From Octopus bimaculoides (lineage: Eukaryota), in assembly GCF_001194135.2 (NCBI RefSeq), contig NC_068987.1, positions 8,621,409-8,685,408 on the forward strand: a stretch of DNA of 64,000 nt, in the 5' to 3' direction. Made by a program: the position numbers and the translations under genes. Below the pieces are notes generated by a model. The model made no database searches. It was given only the letters and a program-made list of their open reading frames with translations, and had not been told where the DNA came from. This document shows, in pieces, positions 36,944 through 50,800 of the stretch (position 1 is its first letter; each line of letters begins with the position of its first letter).

Positions 36944-38381
36944 CTGCAAAAAAAAAAAAAAAAAATTTGAAACAAAATTACAAAACTGAAATTATAATAA
37001 ATAAATACTAAATTAAGAAAAATAATGTCAACAATAACAATAAAAAAAATGGTTGCTTATATAATCAAGAAGTAAGGAAAAAATGTTAAGTCATGTAATT
37101 GTATCTTTCTAAAGAAAACTAACATTATAGGCAGAAGTGAATGGAAAATTGAAATCAAAACTGAGCCACTATCAGAAGAATTGCCAGCAGCAAAAGTAGG
37201 CCTCATTACGGTATTTTCAGCAGCTTGGAAATAGGATCAAACGGACCAGTTTCTAACAATTCAACAGTTAAAAGAAGCAAAAAACACCTGTTAATACATA
37301 TTGATCACATTGGTGCTTATATCCATGTAAAGCAACAGACACCTTTAACCAAGAGATCAGAACTTATTTCTAAGTGCTGACATTAGAATAAGTACTCTCT
37401 TTCCAAACACAATAGACCTATCAAACCACAATTAATGTAAACAGAGGAACCAGGTGTCAATAATTCCTTATCTTGTGGGAGAGGAGGAGGAAAATGACTT
37501 TTACATGTGCAGTAAATCTTGGGTAACACAACATTGAAACCTAAGCTTTCAAGGAATATGAAAAGAACTTCTACATAGTGGTTGAATATGAGTTATTTTA
37601 TGAATCTTCCACCTAGGTACAAACTGAAAGACTCTAAAACAATCTGGATGGCATGGGCATGGGCATGTACATGCTTTTTGCCACATCTAATATGTCCGAG
37701 AAATAACACATTACCAAAGCGGGATTGTACAATAAGCTTCAGATACCATTATAAAAAGAGGAGTTTGCTTCACTGGGCACTGCTGGTTAGTGAAGCCCTT
37801 TTGACATCTTGAAATGGTCATAACTGCATCGATTACTCAGTGGAGACATACACGGATCTGTTAACAGATCACATTGGATGTCACTGAGAAGAACTACCAT
37901 CCCATGCCTTGGGAGATAGCAACAGGTGAGGATCATGGTCATGTGAATCCAAGCAAGATCAATACAGTGAGTAGTAGTAGTGGTAGTAGTGTTATCATTA
38001 TCATTATTGATGCCAGTACCGCCTGACTGGCACCTGTGCTGGTGGCACGTAAAAAGCACTATTTGAATGTCGTTAATGTCAGTCCTACTGGACTGGCTCT
38101 TGTGCCAGAAGCACATAAAATGCACCATACGCACATGGTTGATGCCAGTGCTGCCTGACTGGTTTCATGTTAGTGGTACATAAAAAGCACCATTCAAGAG
38201 TGGTCATTGCCAGTGCTATGTAAAAAGCACCCTCGACACTCTCAGAGTGGTTAGCATTAGGAAAGGCATCCAGCTGTAGAAACTTTGCCAGATCGGATTG
38301 AAGCCTGGTGCAGCCTCCTGGCTTGCCAGTCCTCAGTCAAACCGTCCAGCCCATGCCAACATGGAAAGTGGACGTTAAATG

Positions 38382-38414
<33 letters not shown>

Positions 38415-38587
38415 TCCATCATCTTTACATTCTGAGTTCAAATTCCACCAAGGTTGATTTTGCCTTTCACCCTTTTCAGGGTCAATAAAATAAGTACCAG
38501 TTGTGCACCAGGTTGACATAATTGACTAGCCTCCACCCCGAAAATTTAAGGCCTTGTGCCTATAGTAGAAAGGATTATTATTATCAT

Positions 38588-38647
<60 letters not shown>

Positions 38648-41481
38648 ATGACAACTATGGAAGAAGGAAAATTTGTATAAATTTACTTTAATTGTATCAT
38701 TAACCAGACACACACACACACATTAAGAAAAAAAAAAGAATTAATGAAGATTAATATTTGAGAAAATTTACAATTAATTGTCAGGAAAAATTAATTTTAG
38801 AGTCTTAATTTTGCACTTCCTGAATGCTAAATATTTATCAAGATATAAATTCTACATGACAGAAAAGAAAAGAAGAAATACAGAAAACACACACACACAC
38901 ACACATATAACAAGCAAGTAAAGAAAGAGGGGGGGGGGGATAAACAAATTCACTTTCAGAATTAAACAGATATGGGAAATTCTCAAAATCATTTATTTTA
39001 CAAATTCCGAATATATAGCAGCTTAACAAAGGATATTAAAAAGCAATTATAAATATAAAAGAGGCCAATCAAAGTGTTAATGCAATATAATATAATATAT
39101 ATGAATTGCCATGGAAGTATTAGAAAAGAAGTTAAAATGTAGAAATAAAGGTTTACTGTTGCAATAGTAATATATTCAAAAAGAAAATGATTTCTCACAT
39201 AGTGTAAGATCGTTCATTATTGTTAAGTGTATTTTACAAAAGTTCCTTTGTATAAAACAGCTATGTAACACAAAGGCAGATTTTAAAATAGTAAAAATTA
39301 TGTTTTTTTTTTTTTCTTAAATATATTTTCATGAACAGTATGTCAACAATAGACTGAAGAAGGTGGGGGGGGGGGAAATAGAATACAGCTTTAATTTTGA
39401 GAAAGACTTCAAAACACAAATATACACAAGCATCACAAAAGTGTTAAGATGTCTGTTTATTCTATACTGGCATGGCTCGACTTGATCAATTTCTGTGAAG
39501 CAGATGTTTTTACAAGTGGATGCCTTATTCTAATGTAAACCACTTCTCCACTAAGGAAAAAACAAAGACTTAGCCTAGAACAAAAACATGTGTTGTCTTA
39601 AGGAACATGGTCCCCTTTGAAAACTGAATTATTGTTAACCAAGAGAAAAGGAAATATTTTTATTACTGAACCTAGGTAAAGCAGCAATTGGCAGAATTGT
39701 TATCATGCTGGGTAAAATGCTTAGCAGCATTCCATCCATCTTTATATCCTGAGTTCAAGTTCAGCTGAGGTTGACTTTGCCTTTCATCTTTTTAGGGGTC
39801 AATAAAATATGTACCAGTTGACGTAATTGACTCACCCCACCCCACTGAAATTCTGGCTTTGTGCCAGAATTTGAAACCATCATTAAACTTAGGTGCAGAC
39901 ATGCTGTATGGTTAAGAAGCTTGCTTCCTAACCATGTTGATCTTGGGTTCAGTCCCACTGCATAGCACCTTAGGTGTCTTCTACTATAACCATGTGTCAA
40001 CTAAAGCGTTGAGAGTGAATTTTGTAGATAAAAAAATCTAAAAGAAGCCCATTGTAAATGAGGATCATTGTACAAGTGAGGTGTTTGTTTCCTAGTTACG
40101 TTGCCAGGAAACAGGTGTGTGTTGGCAATAGGAAGGACTTCCAGTTGTAGAAAATCTCAACGAATTCCAAAGTGGACATTAAATGATGATGAAATTTATT
40201 ACTGAACAATTTTGGTTAATATCATAATTCCTACAATCCAATGACAAACCACATGTTGTGCAGTATTAAAAATTACATTTATTCAGTTTCTTGTCTTGAG
40301 GAATAGAATCACAAGAATTAGAGAAAATTTTTGAGCCAATCAGAATTTCATGGATTGGTACTTGCAAGACTTCAATTAATTAAAGGTAGAATCAGCAAAG
40401 CAATAGGTGCTTAAGTAAGTTCTCAGCAAATTCAAGACTGCAGGTGATAGATATCTTCAACTGTCTGTTTCCTCTCCCTAAAAAAAACTGATGACTTATG
40501 GCTAATGGAAAATGAATCTTAAGCCTACTGAATTGGATATAGAAAGAAATAGGATGATTAATAGCTTCAATATTTAGCAGGGGAACATGTTGCTAGTTCT
40601 TATTGTATCAAGACTGAAGAAAACCAAGTGAGATTCAAACTTAGCAAAATGAGACAATTGAAGCTTACAGATGGGTAATCTATATCACTCTTATATTTGG
40701 AATATCAGACGAATCAGGCTTATATTTTAAGATGTTTTAAAAAAGAGAAATAGAAAGATAATGAATTAAAAGGACAAAGAAGACAAGTAAGGGAGTTGAT
40801 GGGAATGAAATCAAAGAAAAAGGAGTGCATGAACAGTAAGTTAAAAAGAAGATACTAAAATATACGATTTTGGGAAAATGAAAAGAAAGGAAAACTGAAA
40901 AAAGATAAAGAGTGACAGAAAAATCTAGAAGAAGAATTTTTATTCCTATAAATAGATTTATTTCATAAAGAAGAATCACAAATATATTTCCCAAGAAAAT
41001 ATATTCAAATGCCAAAAGGACTACAAATATTCATTCTTAAATATTTTGAACTTTTGCTGTTGGGAGTGTCTCCATTTACATAATCAGCAATACCTACGGA
41101 AGTGGGGGCAGTAAAAAGGAAAGAAGGAAGTAAAAGAAAAAAGAACGATAAGAAGAGGCTAGTAATGCTGTCACACAAGTTACTTCAATGAATATAATCT
41201 TTCTATAAACATACAATTCTATTTGTTTGAGGTGCATAATTGAACTAAATTGCATTGCACTGGTTTGCAGCTGGTGACTTAAATAAATTAGCTTTATTAG
41301 CTTTGCCCTCCCACCTATCTTTATATTGTTCAAATGTTATTACCGATTTTTTTTTTTTTTACCAGTGTTAAATAGCTACAAGAGTTTCACACACCAATAA
41401 AAGAACAACAAAGTTGATTTACTACAACTTGTTCAAGTAAATGGCTTTTCATGTTGCTTTGAAGTTAATGTTTGATTTCAT

Positions 41482-41532
<51 letters not shown>

Positions 41533-42276
41533 ATAGTAAAATTTTATCAAGATAAACAAACACACTGGTTACTAAATTATAGAATTTGACTATTGATCTT
41601 CAGGTTTTGTAGTGAATTATAGTTGTTGAATTTGTTTAAGCACTTCTACAACAAACTTTATGCTGTTTACACTGGCCATCATCATCATCGTTTAACGTCC
41701 GCTAAACTATTCGAATATAAAACTGCAGTTGAGTATTAAGGAAAGGATTCCATTTTTTACACACCTGTAAATACCTAAGAAGCAAGAAAATATGTATAAA
41801 TATAGATATTTATACATAGAAGCAAATAAGAAGATATATACTTATAGCAAAATAACAACATCTTAATCTCTAGTGTTATTCTGCTGCAACTGCCATGTCT
41901 TAACCATGGGATGAAATTGAGGACATAGTCTATTACAGATACAGCATCATCATCATCAATGTTTAATGTCCACTTTTCCTGTCATCAGCCCTCTGTTTCT
42001 TTTCCCCATGGCTGGAAATGTTTTCACAGAAGCTTGGAAATGAAAGACGCTGCTTATACGACTAATATGTCCATTTTGCTATCAAATGTGAAAAAAACTC
42101 CATATATCATTTGCTCTTATCCTGACCTCATCAGTGAAGTATAACTTCCATCATTCTTTGTTGAAATAATTGAGGAAAGAACCAGCAAGTATATATTCAA
42201 GGTCACACCTTAGTTGGCATAGGAAAGTAAAATTGTCAAAAAAAAAAAAACAAAAAAAAAAAAAAANNNNNNNNNN

Positions 42277-42310
<34 letters not shown>

Positions 42311-44559
42311 CACAGACGTCAATCGTATGTAGAACAATATCAAAGATAATGTTAATAGTTTTAATGTATAAAGAATTCTTAAAATCTCCGTAAGTAACAA
42401 ACAAAATACCATTTCTTCTTGTGTCTGTTACTCACATACGTTGTCAGTTTTTTTTTTTTCTACTTTGGTCATACGATATGTAACCCATTAATCTATCAGA
42501 AGCAACATAAGTCCTTTTGCTCACTTCACTTCTTTCTGGAATAGCACCTATTACCCATCTCTCTCTCCATAGCAGCCAGCATATGTTCCAATACTACTTT
42601 CTCTCTTTAGCTACACTTACCCCCCACCACCACCGCCCACTCTCTCTTGCCCTTTAGGTGTCTTCACACTTCCTCTTAATTTTTTTTTACCTCACACTCC
42701 CTGTTTTGTGGTTTCTGAACATACATACTAATACACACATGCACACGCACAGGTACACAATATTCCACACAGGCACATCAAATTTTGTAATACATGATGA
42801 TATAATATATGAACATCCCCTTTGAAAGAAACGGCGACAAAGTTCCACATCATTAGAAATGTTAAGATGCAAAGTATCAGGTTTCTGTAGCAAGGAGACA
42901 TCAGGTATACACCAATGCATCATGTATCTATTATTTGTATTTAGTCTACAACACACCTTCTAAGTAAAATGTACCTACAATTTACTTGTAGCTAAACCCT
43001 TTATTAATATTCTTCTACTTACTATAACCATTGGTTTCAGCCCTTCAGTAAAAAAATATTCTTACTCAGTTTCTCTGGTTGATAAATAGGTATTTTTCTC
43101 TGTTAACTGTGAATTATAAGCATTCAACAAGAACGTCTGCTATAAGAATGCACAAATAACTAAACTTACAATTTAAAAAAAAATGCATACACTGCATATG
43201 AACATATACTCTTTTACTTGTTTCAGTGATTTGACTGCGGCCATGCTGGAGCATCGCCTTTAGTTGAGGGCTGGTAACAGGAAGGGCATCCAACCATAGA
43301 AAATCTGCCTCAATAAACTCTGTGTGATCCATGCAAGCATGGTGGGAAATTGGAGGTCAAACGCTGATGATGATGCTTGCACAAATAAATGTCAAGCAAC
43401 TCAAATATAAGAAGAAGACTGAGAAAGTTACAGAAAGAAGTGGTGAAAATTGATTTCAGGATACTGAACCTTACAAAGGAAATGACTATGACATGTGATG
43501 AAACACTGTACTGGGGAAAAAAAAAAAATCTGTCTAAGATATGAACATTATGATTATCATCATGATCATCATCATCATGACAAAGATGACAATGATGATG
43601 AACATGCAAGTGGATATCAATTCAGGATGGAAAAATTGCAGATAACCAAAGCAAAGCAAAGCTGAATTTGTTTAAATCTTAAACAGTTAGATATTACAAA
43701 TGACATGACATGACTGATGCATGAAGTAATGGCAGAGTCAAGAAATAAAATACTAAACCAATGACAAATATGCCGGCAAATTCACACGATGAAATTTTTA
43801 TTTTTAATTACCAGACAACTTTAAAATTACGTAGCTAGATTAAAATGTGCTCTGATAAATTTCGGTTTGAAGCAGAGATTATCAAGATGGAGCAAGGTTA
43901 TATTGCTAAAGTTGGTAAACAAATTAGAGGATGGTAGAGATAGAAAGAAAAGAAAAACAAGATCTGCCAAATCAATGTATGAGAGCAAACGATTGCATTA
44001 CTGATAGAAAGAAGTTATACAGAAAACGGAAAACAGGTATATAAAGGCTGATGCAAAATGATGTAAAATGATGTAAAATGAACCAGCATATCAAGATTAC
44101 AGTAAAATTTCGAATTACAGAAGAGCGTTTGTTGATCTACTCAGATGTTTAATCCAGATAAGTATCTGGTGCTGAATGTTGGGAGTAAAATATAGAGGAG
44201 AAATTAGCATAAGAATATTAAGAATACCGTACAGTCAATCAACATATGTACATCACTCATAAAATAATATACATCACTCATAAAATAATAGTCTGACCTA
44301 ATAAAACTACTTAACTTTCTTTATAAATAAAGAAATAAGAAAGACTCTTGTGAAAAATATCACACATTTTACAGCTTTACAAGATTCTGTCACCAGACTG
44401 CAACCATGCTGGGACACAATCTTCAAGGGTTGGTCAACAATATCAACCCCAGCACTTATTATCAACTGGAACTTATTTTAACAATCTTTGTTTGTTGAAC
44501 TGGTAGGTTATGGGACATAATGGGATAAAATATAAACGACACTAGTTAATATACTGGTG

Positions 44560-45200
44560 CAAACATAAACATGGTCACAATTTGTGAAGGAGTTGTACAT
44601 GTGCTTCGTTGATATGGAAAAGGCATTTGATAGGGTTCCAAGGAAGGTGATTGAGTGGGCATTGAGGAAGAGAGGTGTACTAGAGGTAATAGCGAGGGCA
44701 GTGATGAGTTTGTATGAGGGGGTAAAGGCAAGAGTTAGAATTGGATCAGAGCTGTCAGAGGAGTTTGCGGTGAAAGTTGGTGTGCATCAGGGATCAGTGT
44801 TGTTATGTTGTTGTTTGCAATAGTGGCTGATGTGGTGATGGAGAGTGCAAAAGAGGAACTGCTAATGGAGATACTGTATGCAGATGACCTTGTTCTCATG
44901 AGTGAGACGATGGAGGGATTGAGGGAGAAGTTTTGGAAATGGAAGGAGGCGTTTGAAAGCAAGGGTTTGAAGGTAAACCTCAGGAAGACAAAGGTGATGG
45001 TGAGTGGGGTGGAAGGAGGAAGTGTTAGTGAGTAAGGTGGATCAATGGGGTGTTGTGTGTGGGATGTGAGAAATGGATCCATGGTAGATGTACGAAAATG
45101 AAGACGGTGACTCCAAGATTGGCGAGAGAGTTTGTTTGTGGCAGATGTAAAGATGGAGCAGGAGGGCTGGCAGAATCACTGGAAACACTATGTGACAAAA
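44560..45200 (+). mobile_element. RTE-clade LINE reverse transcriptase fragment with C-terminal Cys-rich motif
   Basis: FVDMEKAFDRVPR, GVHQGSVL (frameshift), LYADDLVL, GLKVNLRKTKVM, then C..C.KWIHGRC...FVCGRC. Confidence 0.93.
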
Positions 45201-47589
45201 TGAGAAACTGGGTGCGATTTATACATGAGGAAAAGCTAAAAGTTATGAAGGAAAAAATTTTGTACTAAATTAGGTGTGTGGAGGCGCAATGACCCAGTGG
45301 TTAGGGCAGCAGACTCGCGGTCGGAGGATTGCGGTTTCAATTCCCAGACTGGGCGTTGTGAGTGTTTATTGAGCGAAAACACCTAAGCTCCATGAGGCTC
45401 CGGCAGGGGATGGTGGTGACCCCTGTTGTACTCTTTTGCCCCAACTTTGTCTCACTCTTTCTTCCTGTTTCTTGAGTAAAGCTGCGATGGACTGGCATCC
45501 CATCCAGCTGGGGGGAACACATACGCCATAGAAACCGGGCCCATGAGCCTGGCTAGGCTTTGAAAGGGCTACGAAATTACGAAAATTAGGAGTGCAATCT
45601 ATACATGAGTAAATACAGTACATTAATTGGCAGATGCAGTGTATAATCGGTAGAGCATCAAACAAAATATCTTGTGGTGAGAAAATACCTTGTGGCATTT
45701 AATTGTATCCGATTATATTTTTATTACAAATCTTCTCTAGTTTCCTTTTACCTTTCATCCTTCCACGGTTGGTAAAACATATTACAAGGGAGGATATCAT
45801 TAATTATACTCTAGAAGTCAGTATTTCAGCATGGCTACAGTTCAATGGCTGGAACTTAGAAAAGAATAAAAAGACCTAAAACTTGCCACTTGATTCCACA
45901 AAATATACTAGGATCAAAATTCATTAATTTAATTTTTTGCAGTCAGCAGTGCAGTTAAATACACTGCCAAAAACACACTGGCCTCCACTACTCACGTAGC
46001 TAGAGGGAATTAAAGCTAAAAGTAATAAATAGATTCACTATCGTTATCACTGCATGATAAGAATTTCAGCGAAGCAGAACAGCAGATGGAAATAGCAATG
46101 AAAATATATGTTAATAGTGTGTGGAGTGGGGGACAAGTTAAAGATTGATGTCGAGGCATGAAGTTATCTTGGAGCAAATTGCTCCAGCTTGGCAATGACT
46201 TAGATATGATCAAAATATATTTATGCAGTAAACATGAATAGCTTCTTGACCACTGTGAAATATTTTCAATTCTAAAAGCTGAAGTTACATAATGTATGGG
46301 GAAGAACACTGGCGTCTATTAAAAGAATTCTTAAAATGTTTTGATCCAATTTCAACTTGAAGTCTCCACATGTAATAAGTGTCTAGAATTGATAAGACAT
46401 TATTTTTAAAAATTAATAAAAAGAACTTGGTTTATAGTAAGAGGTAGGCCAGACAACACATGGAAGGATTTAGAACTGATTAAGAGTACTGGAAATTACA
46501 GACGGAATAATTATGAAACGAGACTGGGTGAAAGAAAGAAAGAAGCAACTTAAACTTACACATAGAAGCAGGCATTCAATGATGATATTTGAAATTACTA
46601 AATCTTTCTTTAAAATTCAATGAGTATTTTGAAGTCGAATGCAGTTGGCTACATGACAGGCAACCACTTGCCAAGCTTTTGCTTCAATTAAACATGCTTT
46701 GTTACATATGTAAAGTTGGTCTGGTAACAATTAGAGCCAGGTGGATTTATTCAGGGGGAAGACAAAAAAAAAGAAAAGAAAAATTTTGATGATGATAATG
46801 ATTATGATTGCAATGAACATTAGAGGCAAGGTGAAAGTGATTTTTCTTTTCTTTTTTTTTTTAAGAGAAAAAATTTGGAAATTTGTTATTAAAAAAATGC
46901 TTTAACCATTTTGTTACCATATTTCCATTGAAATACACTGCATTTGTTTCAATTAATTTTGAAAATAATGACAAATTAATTAAAATGACAGTCATTGATG
47001 AAAGGTTTTAATCTATTAATTTAAAACTGGAAGTGTGTATCAGGACCAATGGCAGTCTCAGGTGTGTTGGTACCAAAATGATTAAACAGTAAAATCTTTT
47101 AATTTAAGTCGGACAAGACTGATAATAAACAACCGATTCAAAAATACTGAGGGTACTAGCTCAAAAGATTTGTTAAAACTGGATCAATTAAATTATAGAA
47201 AATAAAATACTGATCTACCAACAATATAATTCAGGTCTACAATGACCAGTGACGGACCTCTACAAGATCCTACAAGCTTTTCTCACAAACAATATTGCAT
47301 GAAATTTTTTTTTTCCACACTACAACATTGTAATGCTTAGCTACATAATGAAACATAAATTTTTAAAATACACCTAGACATACAGTTTAAGACCTATACA
47401 CCTAGTATACAGTTTAAGACCACAGACTATTTAAACTAGTGAAAGCACATAGCCAAGTGGTTAGGGTGTCATATTTATGATAATAAGATCGTGGTTTTGA
47501 TTCCCAAACCTGTGTTCTTGAATGAAATATTTCATTTTATGTTCTTTCTGTCCAATCAGCTGTAAATGGCCCTGCAATAACTGATATCC

Positions 47590-47896
47590 CAATCAAGGGG
47601 AATGTTGAGATCTCAGTCACTTACACACCATGGAAACCAGGTAACCAGCAAGGTATCTCAAAAGAAATTAAATGAGAAAAATAGCCTCCAACATTCAAAT
47701 GATACCTGGACAAATTCCTCCAAGAAGTACCAGACAAACCATCAACACCTGGATACATCTCAGTCAACAACAACTCCTTGCTCAAGTGATCGATGGTGTC
47801 TCAAAATGTGACTTAAAAGACCTCTCTAGGTGGTGCTATTGAGTTAGTCAAGGCCTGGACCATTAATGGCCGAAACCAATTTAAGTTATCAAAGTT
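47590..47896 (+). mobile_element. CR1/L2-group LINE 3' end
   Basis: FK*YLDKFLQEVPDKPSTPGYISVNNNSLLK* (47694-47789) is a typical terminal ORF2 motif of this group. A short 3' UTR follows, ending ggcc...ggccgaaacc plus a taag-like tail. Confidence 0.7.
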
Positions 47897-50800
47897 AATT
47901 GATCAAGGTACCTCAAATCACTAAACCACTTAACTTTTAGTAATCAATATCAGCTGCTTCTCTACAACTAATCTTGTCTTGAGTTTAAGCACCTTATATA
48001 AACCTTAGGGAGCTATAACAATTGAATACTTCAACTACAGCCTCTACAAGTCAACAAGGAGGTGAAAGTCCTTACATGGTCACACAACCTACTAGAAATA
48101 GGAGGTAAATCTTCCTTAAATCAAACAATCTTCAAAAATGAAGAAAAAAAAAAATCACCTTAGATAATGTAGTCCTACAAATTTTTAAAAAATAGGATGG
48201 TCATATGGTTGGAATGTCTTTGATTATAAAATCTGTTTGATTAAATTGACCTGGAAGCAAAATAACAACTTTCTGATATATGAAAACAGATTAGGTAACA
48301 AACTTGTAGGTAACATGACTGATCTGTTACAATGCATCTCTTACACATTCCATTCAAATTTATATCCTTTCCTAAATAAAACCGAAACCTAATGCTTGAG
48401 TGGAAAAAACCACCACTGCCTCCGCCACCACCACTTGTAGCCAGCCATATTTATCACCAGTTCAAAATAACACAATATACTCTCTTGTAAACCAGGCTAC
48501 GTTTATCATGAATTGATCTGTGATAACACAGGTCGGTGATCATTGAAAGGCTCCTTGTGTTTGTACTACAAAAATGTGTCCCATCAATCACCCACAATGC
48601 ACTTGCGTTTACATGACTATGCTGCAAAGCTGCCTATTTTTTTATACAGATTTAGGTATTTGCACCTTTCAACAAACGATCAGTGAACAGAGAAAGTCAA
48701 AAAGTGGCTGATCCTAACAACACAGGTGAGTGTATTCTGTTCAGGGAAAAGTAGAGATGATCAACAAAATACAGGACAGTGAAAGCTTCACTGCTGTGGC
48801 TCGTAAGTTTGGTGTCAATAAATTTACTAATTATCTAATTTTTTTTTTTTTACTGAACCTTTGTGATAAATGAGGACAAATGTGCTACTATTTTTATTGG
48901 CACAGTGAATGACTTAACTGGTGGAACACTGGCCAAAATGCTCAGTACTTTCTTTATTGATTTGAGTTTGATTCCTGGTGGTACCATTGTGTTCTTGAGC
49001 AAGACACTTAATTTCACATTGCTCCGGTTCACTCAACTGACAAAAATGAACTGTACCTGTATCTCAAAGGGGCCAGCCTTGTCATTTTCTGAGTCTCATT
49101 GAGTCCCCCTGAGAACCACATTAAGGATAAGTGTGTCTGGGGAGTGCTCAACCACTCTGCAGAGTAATTCTACAAATAGGCTGTTCCAATGATCAGATCC
49201 ACTGGAACCCTTGTCATCGTACCCGACAGAGTGCCAGTGTATATATGTATGTTTGTCTTCATATTTTAAGTTCAAATCTGACGCTGGTTCATTCATCCAG
49301 GGTCAATAAACAAGTAGTTACTAGTCAAGCACTGTGACTGATCTAATCAACTACATTGCCACTCTTCAAACATTGTGGCTTTGTGCTCATATTAGGCATT
49401 ATCAACATCATCATTATTATTATTATTATTATTATTACTAAGATAGCTTAAACAACTATAGTCGTTATTGTTGTTTGTTTATGTTCTTTCTGATGCAACC
49501 CATATTGTTGGAAACCATACCAAGATATTCTTCTCTAAAAATAGGAGTAAGAGAAAAAAAATGGCAAAATGAAACACTGTTTGTTCTTTTAAATGTTTTG
49601 AGTTGGACTGAACCATCCTGTCTAACTCATCCTAAATAGTCTTCTTAATAACTTACAGAGAGCTACTTTCTTTTCTTCAATTTTTTTAATTTTTATTTTT
49701 AAGTAATATATAGTAGATGCAGGCAAGACTGTGTGATTAAGAAGCTCACTTTACAATGCTGTAGTTACAGGTTCAGTTTCACTGCGTGTCACTTTGGGTA
49801 AGTGTCTTCTATTATAGCCCCAGGCCAACTGATACTTTGTGAATGAATTTGGTAGATGGAAACTGTGCTGAAGCGGCGAGCTGGCAGAAACGTTAGCACA
49901 CCGGGCGAAATGCTTAGCGGTATTTTGTCTGTCGTTACGTTCTGAGCTCAAATTCCGCCGAGGTCGACTTTACCTTTCATCCTATCGGGGTCGATAAATT
50001 AAGTACCAGTTGTGGGCAATAAAAAAATAAGGAAACTGTGTTGAAGCCAGTCATATACATGTGTGTGTGGCAACTGGGTGTTAGTTTGTTTATGTCCCCT
50101 TAACTTAGTGGTTTGGCAAAAGAGACCAATAGAATAAGTACCTGACTAAAATAATAAGTAGTGGGTTTGATTTATTCAACTAAACCCGTCACGGCAATGC
50201 TCCAGCATGACTGCAGTTGAATGACTGAGATAAGTTAAAGACAAAAGATAGTATGTAAGCCGCTACTAATTAATCTTTAAGATCTTTAAGAAGATTCAAC
50301 TAAATCGAGAAAACGGATATCAAGAATAGCAAACAGTAATTGTAAAACATTTGCTCCGGAACATATATTTCTTAAGTTACAACACATTTAAAATACGCCA
50401 GAACCAAGGAAGAAATTTCTACATGATCACTTAACCTACTAGAAATAGCAGCCAAATTTCCCCCAAGACAACCATACTGTTTTATTTGAAGAAAAGCTTA
50501 CTTTATATAGTCCCATATAAAAATCACCACTAAAACTAGTAAAGCACTGATTCAGAATATGTACCGATAATTGCAAGATTATCTATATATATGTATCAGA
50601 CATCCAATCAATGCCAGAATTACTAACTTTGGTAGGTTTTCAGAGAGCTAATGTTAGTTTAAGTATTTTAGGATGTTGGCTAGCACATCAAAGGGTACAC
50701 ATTAACCCTTTAGCATTCACATTACTCTGTCAAGTTGAACACTTATTTAATCCCAAGGTTTTGAATGAATTATGCATTATATCGTAGCTTTGAGATTTTG

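Noticed and set aside
44249-44290. 21-bp tandem duplication (also small duplications near 44052 and 47370-47420)
   Set aside because: Ordinary slippage events with no further structure.
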